From the NCBI RefSeq assembly GCF_006345805.1, contig NC_042999.1, positions 134,540,001 to 134,604,000 of the forward strand: DNA of 64,000 bases, given 5' to 3'. Shown in pieces: positions 1-12,890 of the stretch; within the stretch, counting starts at the first letter, position 1; each line of letters begins with the position of its first letter. The translations under genes and the position numbers were made by a program. Source of the stretch: Octopus sinensis (taxonomy: Eukaryota). The notes under the pieces were generated by a model. The model saw only the letters and a program-made list of their open reading frames with translations, had not been told where the DNA came from and did no database searches.

Positions 1-68
1 AATAATACCATCAGTTTAACACCAAGTGGCTTAGCACAGAAAACCAGGGAGATAATACAAATTTATAC

Positions 69-345
69 ATAAATTATAAGAGAGTTACCACTATGTGGTT
101 ATTTCTAGTGCTAAAAATAGCTCCGATTACTGGTATAGCCACAGAAAGTTGTTTCCAAGAAGAAATAACATTACATTTAACGGAAGGAAAGTGAAATATA
201 ACGAAAAAATATTTTTTCGTTATATTTCACTTTCCTTCCATTAACGTAATGTTATTTCTTCTTGGAAACAACTTTCTGTGGCTATACCAGTAATCGGAGC
301 TATTTTTAGCACAAGAGCTAACCACATAGTGGTAACTCTCTTATA

Positions 346-351
<6 letters not shown>
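69..351. repeat. Near-perfect foldback palindrome, arms about 140 bp, no spacer
   Basis: The centre reads acgaaaaaat|attttttcgt (201-220). The arm ataaattataagagagttaccactatgtggtt (69-100) is mirrored by aaccacatagtggtaactctcttataatttat (320-351). There are only a few mismatches and one indel. Confidence 0.95.
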
Positions 352-387
<36 letters not shown>

Positions 388-572
388 TAAGCAATAAGGG
401 TTTAGCAACGAATTGCCTTACCACATACCGAATTTAGAAATAGCAGTCAAAGGGTTATAGCTATTTCTTCTACTAAAAAGGGAGATCTCAGTAAAAACAG
501 CAATTGGAAGGCTGACACAAACAGGTAAGAGAGAATGAATTAACTGCAATCTATCAAACATTTTTAAAGTTA

Positions 573-679
573 TCTACGGACGTACGTTTCGAAATCAAGT
601 TTTTAGGAAAGCATAAGAATTAAATATTAAATATTAAATAATTCTATCTTACCGAAACTTCTTTTCTCTTCAGCGTAGA
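573..679 (-). ncRNA. Type I hammerhead ribozyme, copy 1
   Basis: The minus strand reads UCUACG-CUGAAGA-GAAA[long stem II]UUUC-GAAA-CGUACG-UC-CGUAGA. The core is complete, stem I is a perfect 6 bp, stem III is the palindrome ACGUACGU, and the triplet is GUC (predicted cut between 579 and 578). Confidence 0.85.
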
Positions 680-1173
680 ATACTATAATCATAAATGATT
701 ATATATTGAATTTTGAGATACTAGGAGGCACCAACTCAACTCAGTATCAGAGCGAGCTAGAATCCGCAACTAGTATCACCGAATTCAAATTTGTGAATGA
801 AACGATTGTGTCAACAGCCCCTTCCCACCCGCGTGTAGCCAAAACAAGATGCTGTGGTCATCTACTGAGATAAAATATGGTTATCCGTAATAATGAAGGG
901 TGAAATTAATTAATTTGGAATAATTATCAATTACACCAAGTAGTCTTCGGCATGTAAAAGCCTCATTCGAGGAAAATTTAAGTAATACTAAGCAATAAGG
1001 GTTTAGCAACGAATTGCCTTACCACATACCGAATTTAGAAATAGCAGTCAAAGGGTTATAGCTATTTCTTCTACTAAAAAGGGAGATCTCAGTAAAAACA
1101 GCAATTGGAAGGCTGACACAAACAGGTAAGAGAGAATGAATTAACTGCAATCTATCAAACATTTTTAAAGTTA

Positions 1174-1280
1174 TCTACGGACGTACGTTTCGAAATCAAG
1201 TTTTTAGGAAAGCATAAGAATTAAATATTAAATATTAAATAATTCTATCTTACCGAAACTTCTTTTCTCTTCAGCGTAGA
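1174..1280 (-). ncRNA. Type I hammerhead ribozyme, copy 2
   Basis: Same sequence as 573-679, in the second array unit. Confidence 0.85.
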
Positions 1281-1773
1281 ATACTATAATCATAAATGAT
1301 TATATATTGAATTTTGAGATACTAGGAGGCACCAACTCAACTCAGTATCAGAGCGAGCTAGAATCCGCAACTAGTATCACCGAATTCAAATTTGTGAATG
1401 AAACGATTGTGTCAACAGCCCCTTCCCACCCGCGTGTAGCCAAAACAAGATGCTGTGGTCATCTACTGAGATAAAATATGGTTATCCGTAATAATGAAGG
1501 GTGAAATTAATTAATTTGGAATAATTATCAATTACACCAAGTAGTCTTCGGCATGTAAAAGCCTCATTCGAGGAAAATTTAAGTAATACTAAGCAATAAG
1601 GGTTTAGCAACGAATTGCCTTACCACATACCGAATTTAGAAATAGCAGTCAAAGGGTTATAGCTATTTCTTCTACTAAAAAGGGAGATCTCAGTAAAAAC
1701 AGCAATTAGAAGGCTGACACAAACAGGTAAGAGAGAATGAATTAACTGCAATCTATCAACATTTTTAAAGTTA

Positions 1774-1880
1774 TCTACGGACGTACGTTTCGAAATCAAG
1801 TTTTTAGGAAAGCATAAGAATTAAATATTAAATATTAAATAATTCTATCTTACCGAAACTTCTTTTCTCTTCAGCGTAGA
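1774..1880 (-). ncRNA. Type I hammerhead ribozyme, copy 3
   Basis: Same sequence as 573-679, in the third array unit. Confidence 0.85.
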
Positions 1881-2344
1881 ATACTATAATCATAAATGAT
1901 TATATATTGAATTTTGAGATACTAGGAGGCACCAACTCAACTCAGTATCAGAGCGAGCTAGAATCCGCAACTAGTATCACCGAATTCAAATTTGTGAATG
2001 AAACGATTGTGTCAACAGCCCCTTCCCACCCGCGTGTAGCCAAAACAAGATGCTGTGGTCATCTACTGAGATAAAATATGGTTATCCGTAATAATGAAGG
2101 GTGAAATTAATTAATTTGGAATAATTATCAATTACACCAAGTAGTCTTCGGCATGTAAAAGCCTCATTCGAGGAAAATTTAAGTAATACTAAGCAATAAG
2201 GGTTTAGCAACGAATTGCCTTACCACATACCGAATTTAGAAATAGCAGTCAAAGGGTTATAGCTATTTCTTCTACTAAAAAGGGAGATCTCAGTAAAAAC
2301 AGCAATTGGATATATATATGTGTGTGTTTGTGTGTGTGTGTGTG

Positions 2345-2390
<46 letters not shown>

Positions 2391-3119
2391 TGTGTGTGTG
2401 CATATATGTATGTATATATATATATGCATGTATGTATCTATGTGTGTGTGCGTGTGAGTGTTTGATGTAGATATGTATGCATTTGCGTTCATATGATTAG
2501 CGGTAGCCGCTCAGTTGGAACAAGCGGTCTCCCTTCTCTCCAATAGCCAGAGGGTGGAGAAATCACATTTGTTAATTTAGCATGTCATGACTGAACTGTG
2601 TGTGTTGAGCTGTATTTATTATTTTTATAGCAACACAGAGGCGAGCTATCTTGATACTAACCTTCCACCTTCTCTAGCTATTGTCATTGTTAGTTTCACA
2701 TCTTTCTCTTCCTAAATAACTATCTTTCATTTGACATCTCCCTATTGTTTTCCCTAGTTTTCTTCTTGCTGAGGGCATGTGTCCTTCATAATGCGACATT
2801 AATTTACACTGAAGAGACTGTTAAATTCCCTTTGTCATCCACACAGACTCATCCATCTTAAGCATTTTCATTTATCTATGAAACACTAACACTCTTATGA
2901 AAGGTTGGTGAATGAGTGGCAACTTTAGAAGGACTAGGTGGCTCATTACAGGAACAATTGCTGTTTGGGACTGAATCTCAAATTGCCCAATCTGGTTATC
3001 ATTCTTTCGGGATACCCGATATTATTGGTGAGCTCCGAGTCAACGTTAATCGCATAAATCTATGATAAAAAGCGCTCTACTCATGATTAACCCATCTGTT
3101 CTGTTTTCGCCCCCTTGCA

Positions 3120-3520
3120 CCTAGCTGTGTAGTTAAGAAGCAAGCTTTGCAACCATGTGGTTTCGAATTCTCTTCCACAGTGTGGTACCTTGGGTAAGTA
3201 CCTTCTACAATAGTCCCGGTCCGACTAATACCCTGTGGGCAAATTTGGTTGACAGAGAGTGTAGGGAAACCCACCGTATGTATACGTGTGTGTATGAGTG
3301 TGTAGATCTTTGTGTTTGTCTTTGTCCGACACCACCGCTTGACAACCGGTGTTGATTTATATATACCCTAATTTAGCGGTTCAGCACAAAGACCTGTAGA
3401 ATAAGAAGCAGATTTTTTTTAAATAATAAGTATTTGGGTCGATTTGCTCGACTAAACCCTTAAAGGTGTTGCCCCAATATGGCCGCAGTCCATTAACTGA
3501 AATAAGTAAAAGGTAAAAGA
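3120..3520 (+). mobile_element. tRNA-headed SINE family A, diverged copy
   Basis: Head gctgtgtagttaagaagc...ccatgtggtttcgaattc, core ccttgggtaagtaccttctacaatag, internal (GT)n, tail ggccgcagtc...actgaaataagtaaaagg. Shared with many copies in the window. Confidence 0.8.
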
Positions 3521-6500
3521 TAGACAATGTACCTAAAACAACATGGATGTGCATAGATTAGTAATAGAGGTGTTAGGCTCATGATCATAAGGTTGTAAGT
3601 TCCATTCTGGGTATGCTGAGTCCTTGAACAATGTTCGAGTGGGTTAAGTGTAGAAAGACCGAGAGGGTGTCAATGTCAACTAGCGACTACATATATAGTA
3701 CCGAGTCACACTCGGTAGAGGGTCGTTCGTATCTTGTTCTTGGCATTGTTTTGTATTTATAGCCACGGCATGAATTTCTCCAATGGTTTTGAAATCACTT
3801 GACTTGAACTCCTTGTATTCAGATCACTCTGTCAAATATACTATTAATTTATTCAGATTGTTTAGAAATAATCATGCTTTGTCGCTTAACTTCGAAATAT
3901 TGAAGAAATGATTATTTATTTTCAGAATGACATTGTAGGCTAAGGGTGTGGAGCTGGACCTGGCTAGTTTGAACATAAAACAGGTAGGAGTGAGCCCGAT
4001 ATAGCCAGTTTAAAAGCTAAAGTGTTAAATAGATGCCACAGGGTATGAACAATTCAAAGCTCCTAGTGACACTAGTACTGTTTATTGGGTGAATGATTCG
4101 TTGGCTTTCAGTGTCGAATTGAAATCATGTGTTAAAAGTTACTTGTAATAAACCGACGTCTTATTCAACGAGGAAAATCTTTCTCTGTTGCTTAACTTAC
4201 AAAATAAGGGAGTAAGCAGTAAGCCATGTAGATCATTAGGATTCAGAATGAATTGGGGAAAAGAACAAAAGGACTAATACATTATAGTACTACATTGTTT
4301 ATAAGTTATTGTACCAGTGCGTGGAAGCACACGATGGTCCGACTAAATGACATTTACACATTAAAGTTAACGAATATTTTCACAAAATATACCATCTATT
4401 ATAGCATTCCGACACAATGTGAAAGACACATAGGGATCACATAGATGCATTCTTAATTTTGCACGTGTATGTTCTGAGTTCAAATCCCACCAAGTCGTTA
4501 ATGATATATGATAAGTGATTATCGATATATTTAGCAATTTGGTCATAGAAGCAGACTGTGATGACAGTACGCATGACCTTTGTAGTTCCCTCCTCAGGGG
4601 AAAGATTAATATAGTTGATTGGTGTTCAGTTTGTACATCTGATGAGCAACATTTGTATGAGAAATGAGGGCTGATGTGTTTAGCATGAGATTTGGATGGT
4701 GGGTGAGATAGTGTAAGGTAATGAGAAGAAAGAAGACGAGTGCATTTAGTGGGTTTAATTGAAAATGATAAGAAGCTAGATTGCTTAGAGAAACAAAGGA
4801 CATTGTGAAAGCCATAAAAGAGGAAAACGAGAGAAGCAGATTATTGGTGAGCCAATGTGTTGGTGAGTGAATATGGTAAATCAGCTGAATGAGCTTTACA
4901 TTCATGTAGTCTAGGCTATTAGTTACTATAGCGACAGCATTATCACAAATATATGAACACAGGTCACACTTGACACTTGTAAAGGGTCAATAGCTTATGA
5001 GACTGAAATATTTTCTGGTTAATATATTCAGGAACCACCATAGCAGATTAGCAATGATTTTGTGCCAGAATTATAACGTTTCTGTAGACTTTATATTGTA
5101 TGATGAACAGAGTATGCGATGTACAAGACTGCTTCATTGATATATTAATTGAGATCCCAGTTCCGGGCGAAATAATAAGAGAATCACTGAGTAGAAGTAC
5201 TACACTGTGCCCGAGTAGGCGTTCACACTAAACTAACTAATGTGTGTCTCGCAGATGATGACACGAATTAATGCCAGTAATCTGTATCTCGAATATGCTA
5301 ATTTTTTAGGATCTTTTCTGTTTAGTTGTACCTGTGGAAATTTTAAAGTTTAGAGAAAATCTTAAAATTTGGTATTTTGGCGTAATTTTCCATGCTAATT
5401 TACTCAGGGGCTAATTTACTTTTCCTGGAAATTTATATTTTTGTAAAAGTTACAGAAGTTCAAAGTTTGATCATTTTTACCCAGGCAAAAAACAGGATTT
5501 GGAAGCTGTCAGTTTGTGTATGACTGCACGTGTTGTCAACTGTAAACAAATGAAATATTGGTGGAATTCTGCTTTATGCGCATCATATAAGGACTCATAA
5601 CATTTTTTATTTTGTGTAATTTTTAGAAAATTTTTGCGAATTTGTATTCTACACAGGAGAATTCGCACGACTATGCAAAAACACAAAAAAATTTTGGTGC
5701 GTGATTTAAGGCCTATTTAGCTATTATTTTTAGCATATCTCACGACCACCTCATACCTCATAATTTAAGCATTCAGTAAGCGCAAAATGACCGCGTGGGT
5801 AAGCACCTTGGTAAAAGCTTGGCTTCTTACGATAGAAACAGCCACCTATTGGTCTGTGGCCTTCGACTGGCAAAATTACCCAAAATTAGAAAACTTTAAA
5901 AGCTATTAACATTTCATTTATTGATTTATGGCGAAAATGAATTTCATGTCAGTGATTACCCCGCAACACTACATCGACACACCAAATATGAAATCAATTG
6001 GAACAACAATTGAAGAATATGGAAAATGGAAGCCAAACAGAGAAGATCCATTTTTTTTTTATGCTTACGTGTACAGTATAGTGTATCTACTTGATGATTC
6101 TCTCATCGCTATTTCAACAAGTACAGTGAAGTCTGTGTTTTACTGAGGATACTTAATAAGACCGAAACATGCAGAAAGTCGTCCCTTCTATTTGCTGAAA
6201 TTAAACTATCATCATCTTTTCTAGTCAGATAAATATTTCTAATTAGATTTTTGAAACTCAATGCATGAAATACACTCACACTAACTTAACGATCTAAATC
6301 ATCTACCTGAATCTGTGTCTATCTTTCTATGTATCTCTCTCACTCTCACTCTCACTCTCTCTCTCTCTCTTTCTCTCTCTATCTGTCTCTCTGTCTGTCT
6401 GTCTATATTCTATCTCTACTCTATTTTCTCTCTCTACACTACTTCCTAAAACAATGTCAACCTCACTTTCCTTGCCTCGTTTCTTTAAAGAACAGAGTTC

Positions 6501-6692
6501 GATAAAATACTGAAATTGTACTGAAACGGAATAGAAAGTCTGACAGGCAAAAGAACCGGGAGCGAGTAGGAGAAAAGAAAGAAATATAGAACATGGAGTA
6601 AGAAACTTATTCGGTAACAGAGAGAGAAGGAAGAGGGAGAAACAGAGAGGAAGAGAGAGATGCAAACATGCAGGTAGGAAAATAACTGGGCA

Positions 6693-6746
<54 letters not shown>

Positions 6747-6783
6747 GGATAGATGGATGGATGGATGGATGGATGGATGGATG

Positions 6784-6826
<43 letters not shown>

Positions 6827-7356
6827 GAGATAAGTTTTCTTTATTGGCCACACAGGGCTGTCCACAGATGGGACAAGTTACAAGTAGAGCTTTTCTTTGG
6901 GGATGAAGAGAACAAAAAACAAAAGAAAAAAAAGGGGTGGCGTAGGTTTTCGATCAAGAGGGATCGTAAAAGGGAAGAAAAAGAACAAAAACAAAAAAAA
7001 TTGAATAAAATAAAAAGAATAAAAGAAAAAAAGGAAAGGAAAGGAACAAAAGGAAAGAAGTGAAAAAAGAAGAAAAAAGTGGAAAAAGGGGAAGAGGAAA
7101 AAAGAACGATCGATAGGGATCGTGTATCACAGTGTTATGATATATGGTGTAATGGGAAAGCAAGTAAGGTTTATCCGTGGGAAGAAAAGCCTACGAAAAA
7201 GACCACGGTAACCTTGGTCAATATTGTTATATGTTACCACATTTGTTTGCAAGTGGGTAACCCTCTGTTTTCAATTTCTGGGTTCATAGGATTATGCTCA
7301 AGGTGGCTTCGTCATTCATACGTGCCATCCTTGCTACATTCACCCATCTTTTTATG

Positions 7357-7394
<38 letters not shown>

Positions 7395-8024
7395 ATAGAT
7401 AGATAGATAGATAGATAGATAGCGTTGATGTATCTTAAGTAGCAAATCAATTCAGTAGGTGCTAGGTCTTTGCATTTATATGTGTTTAACAAAACACCAA
7501 ATCGAGAAATCACAAAACGCAAAGAACAGCTAAAATATGAAAAGATAGGAAAATAATTCTGGCTCAAATTTTAATGTTAAATCATACATATGGAGACGTG
7601 AAGAGAGGGCTAGGAATACGGATGATGTGGTATAAGTAGATTGACAAATAGGTAGGTCACAGACAAACAGAAAGACAGGACGACAGACAGGCTGACAGAC
7701 AGGACTGCTGAAACTGGCTACTTATGGCTTGGTTATCTTAGCTGTTCTGATATATTTAAATACATATTTTCAGGTTCATGCCCGAGTTATTTACTAATGA
7801 AGCGTACTTCCTCGATTCAGAAATTGATCCCATTTCTGTGTGTAGCAAATACGTGCTGTTTTTATGGTTATTTGTCTTGCTTTTATCTGTTGAAATACCA
7901 TGTAAGATGGTTTGTTTTTATGAAAATGTTCGTATATTTTCAGTGTTTTTGATTGAACCAGTATATAACTCCCTACACTGTCATACTAATTTAGGTCTTG
8001 GATCTTTTTAAACCTCTTCCCACT

Positions 8025-8402
8025 ACCTTTTACCTTTTACTTTTGCAGTCATTAGACTGTGGCCATGCTGAGGCACCACCTTGAAGAATTTATCGTCGAA
8101 TGTTTCGATCCCAGTACATTTTTTAAAGCCTGGTGCTTATCCTACCGATCACTTTTGCCGAAACGCTAACTTAAAAGAACATAAACACACCAACACCAGT
8201 TGTTAAGCGGTGGAGAAAGGGACAAACACACACACACATACATATATACGACGAGCTTCTTTCAGTTTCCGTCTACCAAATCCACTCTCAAGACTTTGGT
8301 CGGCCCGAAGCTAGAGTAGAAGACACTTGCCCAAGATGCCACGCCTTGGGACTGAACCCGGAACCATGTGGTTAGGAAAAAAACTTCTTACGACACAGTC
8401 AC
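8025..8402 (-). mobile_element. SINE family A
   Basis: Reverse-complement match to the 57483-57648 head and to the family tail (gtagaagacacttgcccaag; gactgtggccatgctg). Confidence 0.85.
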
Positions 8403-9107
8403 ATATGTATTTATCAGAATTTTTTTTTTTTAATTTTATTTTCTTCCCTAGTGCAATTTTGCATGCAGGTGACAAAAATCACATTTATTTTCTCTAGAAA
8501 TTAATGATAAAAGAAAGTTACAAGACTTTTAAAGTTATCAAATTTTAACCGTAAGTGTCATGTTCATCATCCTGCATAAACTACAACACTGTTGTAGATT
8601 TGAAAATTTTCTGAGTGTGAAGAAATTTATAGGGGTTTCTAAACATATCACTTGGAGGATCCATATGTTTTGAAACCAGTTAATCGATAAAACGTAAGAA
8701 TTCACACCCAGTCCATCAACAAGACATTGTTTTGTGTTATTCCATTTTGCAAATATGTCGTTTGTACTCATCTAAATGACTTTTCTGTCATTTTATCTTT
8801 ATCTGTTTAGCTCCCTCACCTTGATCGATCGCTGCCACTCTGCCCAGAACAGCGTATGCAATTCTTTGCTCCGCTTGTCAAGTTACCGACATGTATGTAT
8901 GTATGTATGTATGTATGTATGTATGTATGTATGTATGTATGTATGTATATATGTATGTATGTATGTATGTATGCATGTATGTATGCATGCATGCATGTAT
9001 GTATGTATGTATGTATGTATGTATGCATGCATGTATGCATGTATGTGTGTATGTATGTATGTATGGATGGATGCATGTATGTATGTGTCTGTCTTTCTAT
9101 CTGTCTG

Positions 9108-9177
<70 letters not shown>

Positions 9178-9460
9178 AGTAAGTCAGTCTGTCTGCTGTC
9201 TGCCTATCTGTCTGTCTTCCTATCCATCCATCCATCCATCTATCTATCTAGAAAATGTATACACGAATGCAAACTGTCGCAGTTCCACTCCCTACTTCCC
9301 CTCTCTTACACTCACTTCATATGTATGATTTAACATTAAAACTTAAGATCCGATCCATTTTGATATCTCTTCATATTATTTTCATTTCATTTTGCCACTG
9401 TCTTGCTCTGTCGTATTGTTCTTAACCATTTATAACAACAAAGATCTAGCAATCACAAAC

Positions 9461-9521
<61 letters not shown>

Positions 9522-9593
9522 AGTAGTGTGACAAAATTAGACAGAGAGCATAGGGCAATGTATGTGTCTATACATGCAATGAACGTGTTTATA

Positions 9594-9641
<48 letters not shown>

Positions 9642-9643
9642 TG

Positions 9644-9674
<31 letters not shown>

Positions 9675-9782
9675 TGGGTGTGTGTGTGTGTAATTGCGCG
9701 CGCATGTGTGTGTCTGTGTGAGATGAGCACAAAATGCAAGTGAAAGAAACAGAGAAATGTGTAACAGATACGAACAGTGAGG

Positions 9783-9819
<37 letters not shown>

Positions 9820-9905
9820 TAGAGAGCACAGGGAGAGAGCTTGATGATATATATATATATATATATAGATATATATATATTATATATATCATATATATAT
9901 AAAAT

Positions 9906-9961
<56 letters not shown>

Positions 9962-10772
9962 ATGTGTATATATATAAATATATATATGTGTATATATGTA
10001 TGTATATACATGTATATATAAACATATATGTATACACACGCACACACATATATATATATATAAAGTTTCGGAGGGTTACAAATTGAGAGAGAGAGAGAGG
10101 AAGTGAAACTATCTCTAAAAACTGGTTAAGTGTGCCGTGAAGCAAACCGTACGAATTGTCAAAATACTCATTAATCCCATCACGTATGAGAGAAAGTATT
10201 TTCTACAGATCTTTTCCGACTTATGAAGAAATTCAGAGTTCAAATCCCCGTTAACGACGAATCAGATCAGATGGTGGCGCCATTAGAACGGTAAGTCTGT
10301 ACATGTAGAAGAAAGAAGCGTGCAGTTACAGGTTCAGATATGCTTTGGTTACATTCCCTTGCAAGTTGCACTAAACTTGATTGGATGATAGTCTTATAGT
10401 TTACTTAAGCTAACTATGCATGTATGAACAAGAATGTTCCATGTTAGTCGTGCATGTGTGTATGTGTGCGTGTGTGTATGCATGTGTATGTGTTTATGTG
10501 TGTATGTATGTTTGTATGCATGTAGGTACTTCTGTCGTATTTGTGATGTATTTGTGTCATACGTATGCATGTACGTTTGCTTCTACAGCGCTCTGGTCAT
10601 GCATGATGATCTGTGATTGTGAACGTATTTTACACAGGCATACATATACATATATACATACAATCATATATAGTCATAGGCACGCACACACACACACGCA
10701 GGAATATATATATATATAGATATATATATATATGTATGTATGTATGTATGTATATATGTATGAATGTGTGTG

Positions 10773-10839
<67 letters not shown>

Positions 10840-11221
10840 TGTATATATATATCATACGTAAACGCACACACATACACACGTAGAGGTGGATCTCCGTCGT
10901 TGGATAATGAGGATGTAGTCGTTCAGTCTATTGAATTATCTGCTCCTGAATAAGCGTGTACTGAGCCGAACATTTCTCAGATATGTGTACCCTTAATGCA
11001 ATACATGGGCAGAATCGGCGAGACATTGACTGTGATAGTTTTTGCATAGCAGGTACCATTGATGGACGGTTTTCTATGCAGTTAGCCTCTACCAACTTCA
11101 CTTGCCAGGTAAGTTTCGAGTTGAAGGTAGGGGAAAATAGCAAACTGCCGTAGAGTGAGACTCAAATCAGGACCTCAGGGTAGCGAAGCGAACTTCCCAA
11201 TCATTTAGCCATGCTGCACAT

Positions 11222-11289
<68 letters not shown>

Positions 11290-11522
11290 ACACACACATA
11301 CATACACATATATATATATTATGTTGCTAGTCTTATTTTCCAATTGTTTTTTTTTGTTCGCAAAAAGGTTCGTATTCCATGTTTTCGTATTTCATACTGT
11401 TTTCGTTCTGTAACGTCCTGTGCCCATATATGCATATGTATATACATGTATATGTAAGTATGTATATATCTATATGTATATATAATATATATATATGTAT
11501 ATAATATATATATTATATATAT

Positions 11523-11553
<31 letters not shown>

Positions 11554-11554
11554 G

Positions 11555-12000
11555 TTGCGGCTGATTCCTCTCCGCTCCCAGACTTTCTTTCGCAGTCTCC
11601 CAAACGCGCTGCTTGCCTTGGAGATTCTGTTGATGGTTTCAGCATCTATGTTGGCATTGCAGGAGAGAGTGCTGCCCAGGTAGGTGAAGTTTTCCACCAC
11701 TCGTAGGATCCGTCCGTTCACTCTTATCTGAGGCTCATGGTATTGTTTGCCGGGGGCTGGCTGAAACATCACTTCGGTTTTCTTGGCACTGATGGTGAGA
11801 CCGAAGTTGTCACAGGAGGGGCAGTCGTGCTTACCACCCTACTATACGGCTGCGAGACGTGGACTGCTTACCGAAGGCACGAGCGCCAGATAAACCACTT
11901 CCATCTCAGGTGTCTTCGGAACCTCCTTCACATCCGCTGGCAGGACAAAGTCCCAGACACGGAAGTTCTGAAGCAGGCAGATCTCCCTAGCACCATCACA
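11555..12000. mobile_element. RTE-clade LINE reverse-transcriptase fragment with an internal inversion
   Basis: The minus strand 11818-11555 encodes CDNFGLTISAKKTEVMFQPAPGK...FTYLGSTLS...ASSAFGRLRKKVWERRGISR. The plus strand from about 11820 encodes AVVLTTLLYGCETWTAYRRHERQINHFHLRCLRNLLHIRWQDKVPDTEVL. Both are typical RTE RT C-terminal motifs. Confidence 0.9.
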
Positions 12001-12189
12001 ATCATCACAAATAAGCGAGAAGAAAACAAAGGACCACTGATGCGGTCACAGGAGTGTGACGAAAGAACTTTGGCCGAAATAAGATTAAGATTAATGTAAA
12101 AAATAAATATCACTGAAGCAAAATAACACCAAATATATAGTGCGTGTGTTTTTATTGGCTAAACTGGCAATATGACCATTCCGAAATAT

Positions 12190-12258
<69 letters not shown>

Positions 12259-12479
12259 TATGTAATTGAACGTTACACATCTATTTCCAAGTAAGTTTTA
12301 TCTTAATAATTTCGATGCGACCTTTATTGTTCTATATCTATTCCTTTCTATTTCTCTTTCTCTTTCCCTTTCCCCTTTCGTTTCCTCTCTCTTCCTTTCT
12401 CTAATTCCTTTTCTCTCCTCTCCCTTCGCCGTTCTCTGTCTGTCCCTCTCTTTCGCTCACTCTTCCTCCTTTGCTCCCT

Positions 12480-12890
12480 CGTTGCTCGCACGTGACCACC
12501 GGCCATCTTTCTTTTCCTCGCTTGAGTTTCTTTCCTTCCGATCAGCCGCAGGGATCAGACACATTCTTGTCTGTCTCGTGTTAGAGCTTGTTTATCCACC
12601 TCATCTCGTTTAGACTTAGCAGCCCTTCTTTGTTTTCACTATCCTGTTTTTGTTACCAGCTTTGACCCTCCGCAAAATCCCAAATTTCATTTCGGGAGAA
12701 ACTGTTTTGTCGAAGACATATCTTGTTGTGAATTGCTCGAAATACGGAGTAGAAAAGCAGCCGACAACTGATGAAGGGTTGTTCTTTATGCTGTTGTCTT
12801 GTTTTCCATTTGATGTTTCGTTGTTCGCTGAAAGAAGTTCGTATTCCATGTTTTCGTATTTCGTACTCCATGTTGTTTACGTTCAGTGAC
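12480..12890 (+). mobile_element. Probable Penelope-like element 3' end and pseudo-LTR remnant
   Basis: It shares its layout (cagcccttct...tcgaaa..cg..gagtaga...ctgaNgaaggg) with the 32786-34180 repeat and contains hammerhead-like core strings. Confidence 0.4.

Larger units (their letters stand above)
385..2310 (-). repeat. Head-to-tail array of about 3.2 near-identical 600-601 bp units, bounded by TA-rich microsatellites
   Basis: The unit start tactaagcaataagggtttagc recurs at 385, 986, 1587 and 2187. The array ends at ...cagcaattgga (2310). Confidence 0.97.

Noticed and set aside
385-2310. CRISPR-like or prokaryotic repeat interpretation of the array
   Set aside because: The units are 601 bp with no variable spacers, and the context is eukaryotic.
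6131-6176. Hammerhead-like string CUGAGGA...GAAA-CAUG
   Set aside because: Stem II closure and the NUH site are broken. At most a relic.
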